A stretch of DNA of 38,182 bases from Oscillospiraceae bacterium (GTDB lineage Bacteria > Bacillota > Clostridia > Oscillospirales > Ruminococcaceae). Under the pieces are notes generated by a model, which was not told the origin of the DNA, did no database searches, and worked only from the letters and a program-made list of their open reading frames with translations. Each line of letters starts with the position of its first letter. Position 1 is the first letter of the stretch. Made by a program: the position numbers and the translations under genes. The stretch lies in the NCBI GenBank assembly GCA_900768735.1, contig CAAGDZ010000015.1, positions 1 to 38,182 of the forward strand, in the 5' to 3' direction. This document shows positions 7,375 through 17,600 of the stretch, one piece after another.

Positions 7375-8547
7375 TTACCTCGTTTCTTTTTTTATTGCCC
7401 ATGGTTTATAGCCAAAAAGACTATAAAACAATTGGTCCATACTGTGGATTGAACGGTACGCATCGCGCGTTTTCATAGAACCGCGCCAAGACATATAGGA
7501 TTGTGATACCTGCTCAAGGGTCATTTCTCCTTTGTCGTACAGGCGCTTTTGTTTTTTAAGCTTTCGCCGCTCCCTGACTATTGCGCTATGGTCCGGCTTT
7601 TTAATAACCTTTCCTGTTTCGGTCAAAAAGTATTTGGTTTTCAAAAAGGTGAAACCGTGCGAAAGCTTAATGATTTGAGTTTTCTTAGGATTTACAATAA
7701 TGCCCCATTTTTCGTATTCTTCAAAAAGCTTTTTCAGAAAATATCTTGCTTCCTCTTTGGTACGAAAAATGTCATAGCCGTCGTCCATATAACGGTTATA
7801 GTATTTATGGCGCCATTGGTCTTTAATCGTGTGGTCGATTTGATTTGGAAAAGCTATTGCAAATATCTGACTGTCCTCAGGTCCGATATACAGCCCGCGT
7901 CCTTTGTCGGCGTCAGATTTATATGGATTAGAGGAGTGGACAAAACTTTTTGCAAGAGCATTAAGCTTGTTATCTTTAATGTAACGGTCGATATGTAAGC
8001 ATAATTTATCGTGAGGTATATTACCGAAATAGTTCTTGAAATCTATCACTACAATATACCCCTCATTACTGCCCGTTTCATTGTAATATCTATGTAGGTG
8101 AGTTTCGCACCTATCCGCAGAAAATGATACGCCTTTTCCTTTTAACGACGCGCCATTATCGTATATCAAATTGTGTGAAAGAATTGGAACGAGCGCATTA
8201 GTGCATACGGAGCGCCTTAATACACGGTCAGAATAGTGCAGACTATGAATATCGCGGCGTTTACCGCGTTCAATTATCGAAAAGGAATAATATCCCTTGC
8301 ACTGATACTTTCCGCTGTAAAGTTCTCTTGACTGCATAGCCGAATATTTAAGCATATTTGCCTCATATCGGGCAACAGAGGCTTTCCATAATACGCCTCT
8401 GCGCGACTCTAAATGTGCCTGTAACAGCGCACCCGGACTTGCGACAACATCAAAATTATCATATTGTGCAATTGCCTCGCGCCGTTTTTGTTCGCGTGCA
8501 GTTTTTCGGCGCCAATAACGGGCTTCGTGTCGTTCTTCAGATGTCAT
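7375..8547 (-). CDS. DGR reverse transcriptase
   Basis: ERGKRRDI, DRVL, IDFKNYFGNIPH, GLYIGPEDSQ (the SQ motif typical of DGR RTs), YNRYMDD, GFTFL. No maturase or endonuclease domain. Likely start MTSEER at 8547 (GAGGT RBS); the ORF extends to 8613. Confidence 0.95.
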   Translation of the reverse strand: MTSEERHEARYWRRKTAREQKRREAIAQYDNFDVVASPGALLQAHLESRRGVLWKASVARYEANMLKYSAMQSRELYSGKYQCKGYYSFSIIERGKRRDIHSLHYSDRVLRRSVCTNALVPILSHNLIYDNGASLKGKGVSFSADRCETHLHRYYNETGSNEGYIVVIDFKNYFGNIPHDKLCLHIDRYIKDNKLNALAKSFVHSSNPYKSDADKGRGLYIGPEDSQIFAIAFPNQIDHTIKDQWRHKYYNRYMDDGYDIFRTKEEARYFLKKLFEEYEKWGIIVNPKKTQIIKLSHGFTFLKTKYFLTETGKVIKKPDHSAIVRERRKLKKQKRLYDKGEMTLEQVSQSYMSWRGSMKTRDAYRSIHSMDQLFYSLFGYKPWAIKKETR

Positions 8548-8836
8548 ATAATTTATACCTCGCGGAGTGTTATTGTAGGGGCGCATTGTGTTCTCCTTTG
8601 CGATAATAGCCATGTAAACGGGTACTCGCCGGGGTTCCTCCGGCTCTATCGCCTATCCCCGCCCATGCAAGCAGCGTCCGGCTAATCGCGTCAAGAAAAG
8701 CGCCGTTATATGACAAGCGGCGCTGTATATATTTATCCTTTTCGGGACGGTTATCCTCTCCTTCCGTAAATAAAAAAAATAACGAGCTTGATTTCAGCTA
8801 TAAGCTTACTTTAAACTTGCAAGGCCGTTGGTATTT

Positions 8837-8970
8837 CGGAATCAGACGGGCGCGGCAATGTTACCGTTGGAGGCGTTGTTGTTGTTGCAATTGCCGTTGT
8901 TGTTGACATTGCACCAATTCGAGGAGTTACCCGAATAAGGTGAGAGCAACCACCAATTGTTACGGCTGCC
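8837..8970 (-). ncRNA. DGR template repeat (TR)
   Basis: Non-coding copy of the VRs between avd and RT. In the VR frame it has 15 AAC/AAT codons and 35 adenines, and ends GTC TGA TTC CG (IMH*-like) where both VRs read GTC TGC TTC CG. Confidence 0.95.
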
Positions 8971-9006
8971 AAAGCAAAGAGTGCAGAGAATAACCACTGA
9001 AATATT

Positions 9007-9468
9007 TTATTGTCTTAGTAATTTGGTTTTGCGCTTGCACCCGCGTAAAAGTTCTTCCTCGCGGATCATCAAGGCAGTTATAAGCGCAATATGTTTATTT
9101 ATGCGGATTTTATTATTATACCTCGCGTCGGTTTTATCGACTACAAGTAATGTGTCTTTCCACAGGTCGTTTACCGCACTTTGCAGTCGTAAATAAATCG
9201 GGTCGAGATAATCAATAGCCGCCTGAAATAAATCTTTGCGCTGCATAACTTGTTCGGGAGTGTATGCGTATATCTTATTTGCTTTCACATAAGTATCAAT
9301 CATACACTGCATAAGGTTTATAATCGGGTAGGTATATATCATACGCTGCCGCTTCGGTATATTCTTTTCGTTCATGAGGAAAGAACGCAGTTCGTGTAGC
9401 AAGTCCTGACCTGTTTTGAAAAATTCCATATCAGATGTTTTTCTGAATCTTGCAAGAACATTACTCAT
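9007..9468 (-). CDS. avd: DGR accessory variability determinant (Avd)
   Basis: 153-aa basic helical protein between the target gene and TR (IPKRQR..Y..PI..KANKIY..R..L). ATG at 9468 with AGGAGG. Confidence 0.8.
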   Translation of the reverse strand: MSNVLARFRKTSDMEFFKTGQDLLHELRSFLMNEKNIPKRQRMIYTYPIINLMQCMIDTYVKANKIYAYTPEQVMQRKDLFQAAIDYLDPIYLRLQSAVNDLWKDTLLVVDKTDARYNNKIRINKHIALITALMIREEELLRGCKRKTKLLRQ

Positions 9469-9486
9469 ATAGTTTTTACCTCCTGA

Positions 9487-9507
9487 CCGCGCCCACAAGG
9501 GGCGCGG
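9487..9507 (-). other. DGR target-recognition hairpin downstream of VR1
   Basis: CCGCGCCC-ACAAG-GGGCGCGG, 19 nt from the VR1 end and identical to 443-463. Confidence 0.85.
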
Positions 9508-9519
9508 AACCTAAAAGAT

Positions 9520-10422
9520 TTATACACGGAAGCAGACGGGCGCGGCAAGGTAACCGTAGGAGGCGCTGCTGTTGTAGCAAAGGCCGTCGCCGTAGACAGC
9601 GCACCAACCCGAGGAGTCACCCGAATAAGGCGAGAGCAACCACCAATGGCCACGGCTGCCGTTTCTGAATTTAAGACGGTTCATATTTCCTGCGAAAAGA
9701 GGGTACTGCAAGCCTGAGCCGCCTGCCGAAAAGCCCTTGCCGCCCCATATAGGAGTACCGTACACCTCGCACTCGTCGGGGAGCCATAACTTACCGATAT
9801 TAGCCCAGCCCCATTGATTATCGTCGGTAAGCAAGCCAGACGCACTATATCTTTTTGGCAGTAAAAATCGCTTTTCGATAATAACGTTTTTAAGCGCCTC
9901 GGGTAAGTAATAATATACGCCGTCTGCGGTATAATCAACATCAACCGTTTCAGGATTTACAGCAGTTCCATTAGGTACGCTGCCCGATAACGAGTTGAGG
10001 TAAAGATAAAAGTCAGAAGCGAGCCACGGGTGATTTTGATTTGTGGTACCGTTGTTGTAGTTGACCTTATTTATGGGGTGCAGGGTAGGCCATAATTCTT
10101 TGCATATAAAGTCGATATGCGAGCCTACAGTAGTATCGCTGTAATACTTGTATGTGTTAATTCCCGCTATCTGCGCATTTAAGGTTACGCCGTTTGTGGT
10201 AGTAAAGGGGATATAATCTCCTACATGAATTCCTGTAAAATCCTCTGCGGATATACGAGCTTTTATCCAAGCCCACGGATTTCCGTTATAAGGAGCCGCC
10301 GCAATTTCATTCTCGAATTTTGTAGCAAGATTTTCACCTGCATAAACACGGTCCTGTCCTGCTCCTAAAAGCGAGTGCTGTTCTCCGCCATTAATCGTCA
10401 TACGATCAACATAAATAGCCAT
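9520..10422 (-). CDS. DGR target protein 1, putative receptor-binding tail protein (C-type-lectin-like/DUF6273-like)
   Basis: Last gene of the tail-fibre cluster. The C-terminus GSRGHWWLLSPYSGDSSGWCAVYGDGLCYNSSASYGYLAAPVCFRV is encoded by VR1. Confidence 0.9.
   Translation of the reverse strand: MAIYVDRMTINGGEQHSLLGAGQDRVYAGENLATKFENEIAAAPYNGNPWAWIKARISAEDFTGIHVGDYIPFTTTNGVTLNAQIAGINTYKYYSDTTVGSHIDFICKELWPTLHPINKVNYNNGTTNQNHPWLASDFYLYLNSLSGSVPNGTAVNPETVDVDYTADGVYYYLPEALKNVIIEKRFLLPKRYSASGLLTDDNQWGWANIGKLWLPDECEVYGTPIWGGKGFSAGGSGLQYPLFAGNMNRLKFRNGSRGHWWLLSPYSGDSSGWCAVYGDGLCYNSSASYGYLAAPVCFRV
9527..9660 (-). repeat. DGR variable repeat VR1
   Basis: Ungapped alignment to TR 8837-8970 over 134 nt with 22 mismatches, all at TR adenines. 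Confidence 0.97.
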
Positions 10423-10425
10423 TTT

Positions 10426-10947
10426 TTAAACCTCCGTATTCTTAATATTTATGCTTAATAACCCGTTGCTTATTGTAGCTGATACGGGTAATTGTGATAC
10501 GGGGATTTCCCCGTTATCGTTCAGACTTGCAACATATCCTGCTTGACCGATATTATCTTTTACAAGAATATCCTCCGCAGCTATGCCGCCGTTTGCTATG
10601 CCGCCGCCTGAGTTAAATACCGCAATTCTGCCCTCGGGAACGCCCGGCAGCTTATCGACTTTACCGCTTATGTCAGGTCCGAGCGGAATCCATTGAGCTG
10701 TACCCTCGTATTCGCCCCATGCATATTCTGAGCCGCTAATTTCCGTACCCTCTGTGCCTTTATACTTGACCGTGTATGTGTAACCGAGTTCCTTTTCCAC
10801 ATTATCAAGGTCTGCATAATAGTCAACCTGTCCTATATACCGCATACCTTTAGGAAATGCGGCAATTATCGTGTTGACATAAGCCATAGCGCGTTTATAC
10901 GCATTCTCTGCCATAACAATTGCGTATAAAACTGACTGCTGATCCAT
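10426..10947 (-). CDS. Putative tail-fibre/adaptor protein
   Basis: GMRYIGQV..L..GYTYTV..EYAW..WIPLG..GKVDK and GYVASLNDNGEIPVSQLP motifs common in phage tail fibres. Confidence 0.65.
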   Translation of the reverse strand: MDQQSVLYAIVMAENAYKRAMAYVNTIIAAFPKGMRYIGQVDYYADLDNVEKELGYTYTVKYKGTEGTEISGSEYAWGEYEGTAQWIPLGPDISGKVDKLPGVPEGRIAVFNSGGGIANGGIAAEDILVKDNIGQAGYVASLNDNGEIPVSQLPVSATISNGLLSINIKNTEV

Positions 10948-10963
10948 GGTATAGCCTCCTTTC

Positions 10964-11197
10964 CTATTGAGCTACGAATTTTCCCGATTCGTCAGCAAGA
11001 TAAACCTTGTTCGGGGAGCTGTTTACAACATACAGCATTGACATAGGCGCAAAAGTATCTTTTGCGGATAAGCCCTCGACATTGGAACCGTCCACGGGTA
11101 AAATAGCGGGTAACGTATCAGCTGCTATTATAACGCGCACAATTCGGTTTCCCTGCGGTCCTATGCTTACGACCTCAACGGGTGCTGCGAGTTTCAT
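10964..11197 (-). CDS. Small tail-region protein
   Basis: 77-aa ORF starting MKLAAP after AAGGAAG. Confidence 0.65.
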   Translation of the reverse strand: MKLAAPVEVVSIGPQGNRIVRVIIAADTLPAILPVDGSNVEGLSAKDTFAPMSMLYVVNSSPNKVYLADESGKFVAQ

Positions 11198-11216
11198 AAT
11201 AATCTTCCTTTCTTGT

Positions 11217-11585
11217 TTATTCCTCATCAAGCTCCTGCAATTCGATAAAGCCGCTTAATAAATCAAGGTCCTTATAGGAAAGCCGGATATTTTCTGTTGT
11301 AGGTATTGATATTACGGGAATATCTTCCTCCGTATCAACATCAAGTATCTCATTCAGCCTTTTGACGAATTCGGTTAAGTTTTCGTCCTTAACTTTCCAT
11401 TCTCCCTCGCTTATTTCCTGACCTAACTCCTGTATGAGCTTGTTACGGTTTTCGTCAATAAACTTTAACTCCTTATTTACCTTTGAGAGCATTTTGCTTA
11501 CTCTGTAAAGATATTTAGGGGAAAGTTCGCACCCTGCCAACTTATCAAGTGCAGGTCTTGCTTGTAAGATTGTTCCTAATTTCAT
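11217..11585 (-). CDS. Conserved small phage tail-region protein (DUF1617-like)
   Basis: 122-aa helical protein directly after the tail-tip gene, GGAGG RBS. Confidence 0.6.
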   Translation of the reverse strand: MKLGTILQARPALDKLAGCELSPKYLYRVSKMLSKVNKELKFIDENRNKLIQELGQEISEGEWKVKDENLTEFVKRLNEILDVDTEEDIPVISIPTTENIRLSYKDLDLLSGFIELQELDEE

Positions 11586-11599
11586 ATTGTGTAGCCTCC

Positions 11600-14248
11600 T
11601 TATCCGGTCATAAGACCGAGATGTATTAATATGTTTGCTAATTTTGATACAGCAGCCGTAACATTAGAACTGCTTATAGAAGAGTACCCAAAAGACTCAC
11701 GAGAGCGCGGGGAATGCCCGAAAAATCCTATAGAGCTATAACTTGAACCGATTGTTGCATTTCCGCTTACTGATAAATTACCCGAGGAGTAAATATTTCC
11801 TGCGTATAATGAGAGGGAGCCGAAATCAACGCTGGATCTTGATAACGAATAGCTGCCGCCGCCAAAATATAGAGTGTTTGCGGTAACACCGCCCGAAACG
11901 CTAAGGGAAGATAAACCGCTGATTGATGATGTGGAAATACTATTAACGCTCAATGTGGTAGCGTTTATTGTTGACGCTGAAATAGTAGTGACGTTAAGAG
12001 TTTTTATGTATGCGGCTGTCCACCAATAGTAATACTCGCCAAGCGACCACCCGGAGTCATTAACGTTAGGGCTAAAGGATTTACTGTTAAAATTCACAGC
12101 TATGCCTGTTGTACCGTTGTAATCATACCCCATATAAATGGTTGCCGAAGAAAACAATTGAATATGACTGAAACATTGATTTGATACGCCGTCGCAGCCG
12201 ATATACAACCTGTTAAAATAGGACCCGGTAATAACCGGATATGACGTATCTCCGACTTTTGTATATAGCGTATACATTTTTATATTCGACGCATCAATTA
12301 AATCTGCGCGGATAGTACCGGAGGTTATATTTGACGCATTTAAATTGGTGATATTAACTATAGAGGCGTCAATTGTACCTGTTTTGATATTATCCCCATT
12401 TATAGTAGTGCTTCCTGCGTTAGAAAGAGAGTCGAATGTAACCATACCTGAAAACTTTATCGTCTTGCTTGATAATTCCGTACCGTTTGCAGATAGGGTT
12501 AAAACCGAGGATTCCTCGCCGTTTTTTACCGAAAGGGAAATGCCGCTAATGGCATTTGCTGTTATCATTGCCGCTTGTTCAGCGGTAGTACCTGTAATTA
12601 CTCCATGGGATAGTACAGCACCGCCGCTTGACAGCTCTATGGTTGATACTAAATTTTGCCCTTTTTGTTTTGTATCAACCAATATTTCAAGACCGTCAAT
12701 AGTGTGCTGAATGGCGGAGGTAATTTTATTTTCGGTTTCCTCGGTAGTAGAATAATCGGTTAGGTCAATTCTGTTTGCGGATATTGTACCCGTCTTTATA
12801 TTATCTCCGTTGATTATCGTTGCACCTGATGTAGATAGGTCATTAAAAGTAACCATACCCATTATGTCAACATCTGCGGTAATGGTATATTTACCTGTTG
12901 TAGTGTTGAAATATATACGGTCAACCCAGCCCGATTCCTCGTCGTATGACTGCATAGAGAACGTGGAGGCGTTTGCGGTAAGCCGGGCAGTTATAAGGTC
13001 ATTTACAACAAGTTCGCTTACAAAGCCCTCCGCGCGCGTTATGCGGTTGCCGAAATAAGTCTGATTAGTCTTAAGGGTGCGCTTTAAGCTTAAATCCCGC
13101 GGAGATATGAAAGGATATTCTTCTTCCGTTTCCTCTTCTGCGCCCGCCGATATATTGCAGGTGCAGCTTACGGAACAATTCATCACAATGGTTTGCAGTA
13201 CAACGGTATGTAAAGTGCCGTCCCGCGCATTAAATGAGATTGTGTCGCCCAATTCCAAGCAGGGATTGAGATATGCGGTTTGTAAATCATACGGCTCATA
13301 AACTGCCCCGTACAGCACCGACTGATTTGGTATGTTAAGGTTTCCGTTTATTATTTCGCCGTATAATAATTTAAGGCAGCCGTTTTGGATTGCCGCGGCG
13401 GCTATGTCAAGACAGCCATTATTCACAGAACTGCTTGACGGATTGCAAAGCGCCGCCGCTACCCCCTGTGTAGCGTAGTCACACCGAACGCTTATAGTCA
13501 TTCCCGTGTCGTCGCCTGATGTGAATTGATTTTCCGCATCATCAACAAGAATTACCCTCGTTATGGTTTGGGGCTTACCCTGTTTTGTGTACGTCCCGTG
13601 CGATAAACCGAGAACCTGCAACGGCTCCAAATCAGGAGCGGTAAATGGTACAAGCCGCAGCTTTCCCGCCTCCGTCATTATCCAACTGCCGCCGTGTACT
13701 GCCGCTATCATTCCGAGAACCTCTGAAATTAAGGTATCATCATTCGGATATGATACAACATAATCTTTTCCTGTGTGGATTTTTGTTCGGGAATCGACAG
13801 GCACTCCCATTATTGAGGATATTTCATTTACAACAGCCGACATGCTCTGCGGCCATTCCGTAAAAACAGATTTATCGCGGTATGTCTGACCTGCCTTTAT
13901 CATATTATCAAGGCAGGTCAGCTTTAACGGGCTTGTACCGCTGCGGGAGGTAATATAGAATTTGCCCTGCGGAACCCAATCTGTTGTTGTGGTACCGTCC
14001 GGGGATTTAAGGCGGCAGTAGGCATTTACAGGAGCCGCTTTAGGTATATCCTCAACCGGGAAAATCGTAACTTGCAGCTGCCCCGTACATACTCTGCCGA
14101 ATGTCGGCGAGTCAAGCAGCGGTTTTGTAATAACGGGCGTGTCTTTTATTCGGTCGTTATAATATACAATACCGTTTATATCGAAACGGTATTCGGTAAC
14201 GTGAGCCGAGGCAAAAAGCGCCGCCCATTTTGCAGGTTGATTTTGCAT
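11600..14248 (-). CDS. Tail tip/baseplate hub protein with fibre-like C-terminal region
   Basis: 882 aa following the distal tail gene. Carries NPCLELGD, a duplicated GMVTF..INGDNIKTGTI segment and an S/T/G-rich beta-type C-terminus. Confidence 0.75.
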   Translation of the reverse strand: MQNQPAKWAALFASAHVTEYRFDINGIVYYNDRIKDTPVITKPLLDSPTFGRVCTGQLQVTIFPVEDIPKAAPVNAYCRLKSPDGTTTTDWVPQGKFYITSRSGTSPLKLTCLDNMIKAGQTYRDKSVFTEWPQSMSAVVNEISSIMGVPVDSRTKIHTGKDYVVSYPNDDTLISEVLGMIAAVHGGSWIMTEAGKLRLVPFTAPDLEPLQVLGLSHGTYTKQGKPQTITRVILVDDAENQFTSGDDTGMTISVRCDYATQGVAAALCNPSSSSVNNGCLDIAAAAIQNGCLKLLYGEIINGNLNIPNQSVLYGAVYEPYDLQTAYLNPCLELGDTISFNARDGTLHTVVLQTIVMNCSVSCTCNISAGAEEETEEEYPFISPRDLSLKRTLKTNQTYFGNRITRAEGFVSELVVNDLITARLTANASTFSMQSYDEESGWVDRIYFNTTTGKYTITADVDIMGMVTFNDLSTSGATIINGDNIKTGTISANRIDLTDYSTTEETENKITSAIQHTIDGLEILVDTKQKGQNLVSTIELSSGGAVLSHGVITGTTAEQAAMITANAISGISLSVKNGEESSVLTLSANGTELSSKTIKFSGMVTFDSLSNAGSTTINGDNIKTGTIDASIVNITNLNASNITSGTIRADLIDASNIKMYTLYTKVGDTSYPVITGSYFNRLYIGCDGVSNQCFSHIQLFSSATIYMGYDYNGTTGIAVNFNSKSFSPNVNDSGWSLGEYYYWWTAAYIKTLNVTTISASTINATTLSVNSISTSSISGLSSLSVSGGVTANTLYFGGGSYSLSRSSVDFGSLSLYAGNIYSSGNLSVSGNATIGSSYSSIGFFGHSPRSRESFGYSSISSSNVTAAVSKLANILIHLGLMTG

Positions 14249-14637
14249 TAAACCGTTGCCTCCTTTATGCTGATTAGCGAGAAATTCACATTGTCAACTA
14301 AAACACCGTCTGCGCGAAACTGTTCAATGGCGGCGTCAATAGAGGTATTATAAAAAAGCCGGGTGCATATACCGTCAAGTAAATCAGGGTATGTAACACG
14401 CACGCCATTATCGCCGCCTTGCAAATCCTGTTCAAGCTGCATAGCGATTTCAATAGGCATAGGTCCCATTTTTACCTGTAATTTACGTTGGTGCGAGGTT
14501 ACATTTGTGTGCATAACCTCGCCGTCGTCGCGCCCTGCGTCCTCGTCGTTTGTGTTCTCACGGCTCCACGAAAGACCCGTTTTTTGTTTCACATACGGGG
14601 TATAATCATGACCGTTGATTGTGAATTGACCTGTCAT
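14248..14637 (-). CDS. Distal tail protein-like
   Basis: Directly after the tape measure gene; FTING..DAGRDDGEVMH..RKL..FY..NFSLI. ATG at 14637. Confidence 0.7.
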   Translation of the reverse strand: MTGQFTINGHDYTPYVKQKTGLSWSRENTNDEDAGRDDGEVMHTNVTSHQRKLQVKMGPMPIEIAMQLEQDLQGGDNGVRVTYPDLLDGICTRLFYNTSIDAAIEQFRADGVLVDNVNFSLISIKEATV

Positions 14638-14638
14638 A

Positions 14639-17600
14639 TTAAGCACCTCCATATTGGCGGCTAAGACCGTGAATCGCTCTTGCCAATGATTGAATATCAG
14701 CATCGGATAATTTAACTTTGAACTTACGCATAAAGTCAAGAATTTGCTTTAAAATATACGTTTGGTCCTCAAGCGTTTCATCTAAATCGTCCGATAATGC
14801 TAATGTGGCGGCGGGAGTATCGGCGGCAATCCTTGTCTTGTAAGGTGCCTCCGTACCTGCCGCCATAACAGGTATTGAAATACCGCTTGCCCGTTCAACG
14901 AATTCACCTATTGAGCGGAAACTTGACGCTATATCGGAAAGCCTATCAGCAATAAGCGTCAGCTGTGATATAGCTCTGTCCCCGTCTGCGTTTATATCGA
15001 GTGTAGCTGTATTTTCCGCCAACGTTTTATTGGTATCTTTTGCGATATTATTAACCGAGGCAATTATTCTTCGCTTGTTGGCGTCAAGACCTTCTGCAAG
15101 ACCTTCATCAAGAAATTCACCGGTTTTAGCCCATACTTTGGACGGGGAGTGAATACCGAAAACGTTGTTAAGCGTATTGGTAAGATTACTTGCGGCGTTA
15201 CTAACCCACGAGGTAAGACCATTCCACGCATTACTTATTCCCGTTTTCAATCCGTCAACAAGATTAGAGCCGACCGATAAAAACTCCGAGCCGCTTAAGG
15301 TCTGCTTTAAGCCGTCCCACAGATTTGATACCGTTGATGTGATATTATTCCATGCGGTACTTGCACCGGACTTAATTTCCTCCCATTTTTTGCTTACGGT
15401 TGTTGAAATATTGTTCCAACCAGTTTCCCAGTTCTTAGCAAAGCCTTTAACACCGTCAGAAACACCTTTTGATATGCTGTCCCATGTGTTGGAGGCAGTT
15501 TTAGAGATATTATCCCAAGTGTCTTTTGCAAATTTCGTTATGCTGTTCCAACCGGTTTCCCAGTTTTTAGCAAAACCTTTAACACCGTCAGAAACACCTT
15601 TTGATATGCTATTCCATGTGTCAGAGGCGGTTTTAGATATACTGTCCCATGTGTCTTTTGCGAAATCCGTTATATTATTCCAACCCGTTTCCCAGTTCTT
15701 CGCAAAAGACTCAACACCGTCCGATACGGTCTTTGAAATAGAGTCCCATGTTTCTGAAACAGTTTTAGTAATGCCGTTCCAAGCATCTGAAACTCCTGTA
15801 GTTATAGTTTCCCAACCGGTTTCAAAAAAGTCGCAAAGACCTGATATTGCGGAGTCGAAAAATTCTGTTATTGATTTCCAAGCGTCCGAAATTCCGTTGA
15901 ATAAACCCTGAATAACAAAATCGCCTATTTCCGCAAATACAGTTGACGGAGAATGGATACCGAATAGCTCTTTTACAGAATTTACAACAGGGTCTACTAC
16001 ATTTTCTTTCAGCCAATTACCGACATTTGCTAATGCGTCACCTATGCCCTCGAAAAATCCCGCAATACCGTCCCAGCCTATTGATTTGAATAAACCTGCT
16101 AACAAGTCGGCAATGCCGCCTATGAGTCCGGCAAGAATACTCGGTATTTCAGCTACTACCGATGCTAAAAGCCCCGTCAAATCGACTAATATTCCTGCTA
16201 AATCTGCATTTGCAAGAGCCTCACCGATTCCTCCTAAAAGCCCCTGAATCGTTTCCGCCCAATCTACGCTTGTAAGCAGTCCAAAAGCAAACCTAATAGC
16301 TCCGTCTAAAGTATTATATAGTAATTGTCCTAACTCCGCCCAGTCAATGCCACCGTTTCCCTCGCCGTCACCTATGAGCGCAGTTTTAATTGAGGTCATT
16401 ATACCTGCACCGACATTTTGCCAGTTAATAGTACCTATAAACTCCGACAGAAAAGCTACGGCGTTATTAAATCCGCTGATTAGCAACGCACCCATTTCCG
16501 ACCAATTTATAGTGCTGAATGTTTTATTTATGCCCGTTGCTAATTTCATACCAACATTGCCGAAATTGATTTGCTTATTAATTTCTGTAATCAGAGTAAC
16601 AATACTGTTAATACCTATACCTATATTTTCGCCTGCGGTTTCAAAATCTACCGAGTCAAAAATACTTTGTATTGCTTTTCCTATATCGGCTCCGATTTTG
16701 TCAAAATCCGTGTTCTTAAGAAATGAGTTTATGGCATATCCTATTTCGTTCAGACCTTTAGATACCATTTTTGCGGCGTTCTCTAAATTCAGTTTTTCAG
16801 AAAAACTGTTTACGAAAAGCGCTAATTTCTCTCCTACGGTTGCTCCGTCAAATTCGCTTACTATGCCATATATAAAGTTTATAAGCGCATTCCACGCATT
16901 TGCGAATGTTTCACCGACTAACGCCCAATCAATGCCTTTTATCCAAGACATTATTGCATTACCAAGACCGCTGCCTAATGCAAAAAAGTCATAGTTAGAA
17001 AGAAAAGTATTGGCTATATCAAATACAGCATTGAAACCGTCTGCAAGAGTAGCCCCCAATGCGCTCCAATCAACACCCGCGGTTAGCCCGTTTAATATGC
17101 TTGCAATATTTTTAGCCCATTCTACTCCTTTAGGGCGGAGGACATTATTTATCCAATCGTCGATTGCTTTTATGGCATTATTAATACCGGAGGCTATAGT
17201 TAAACCTATGTCTGCCCAATTCTTATTTTGTATATCGTCTTTGAGCTTGTCAAAAATCGTTTTAATAGAATCGGGTAAAATACTTTCAATAGGAACCTCT
17301 TCAAATAAATTGTCCGAGGCACCCGAACCGTTGCTTTTGCTTGAGCTACGTTTGTTAAGTTCGTCAAATCCGTAAACCTGTTGTTTTAGTTCCTCCGCGG
17401 AATCCGAGGCTTTATCAAGCGATTTTGCGTAAGAGTCTGTTTGCTTTTTTGCTACCGTAACAGTAGATTTTCCACCGAGCATAGCAAGGAACGCATTGAA
17501 ATATGTTATCGCTCTTGAAATAGCGTCCAAAACCGCAGTAATAAGCGGCTCAAGAGATTGTATAACTCCGCTTAAGGAAACCGCAAAATTTGCACCTATT

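Noticed and set aside
7375..8613. RT as a group II intron, retron or Abi RT
   Set aside because: It has no maturase/endonuclease domain, and the adjacent avd, TR and adenine-only VR mismatches identify a DGR.
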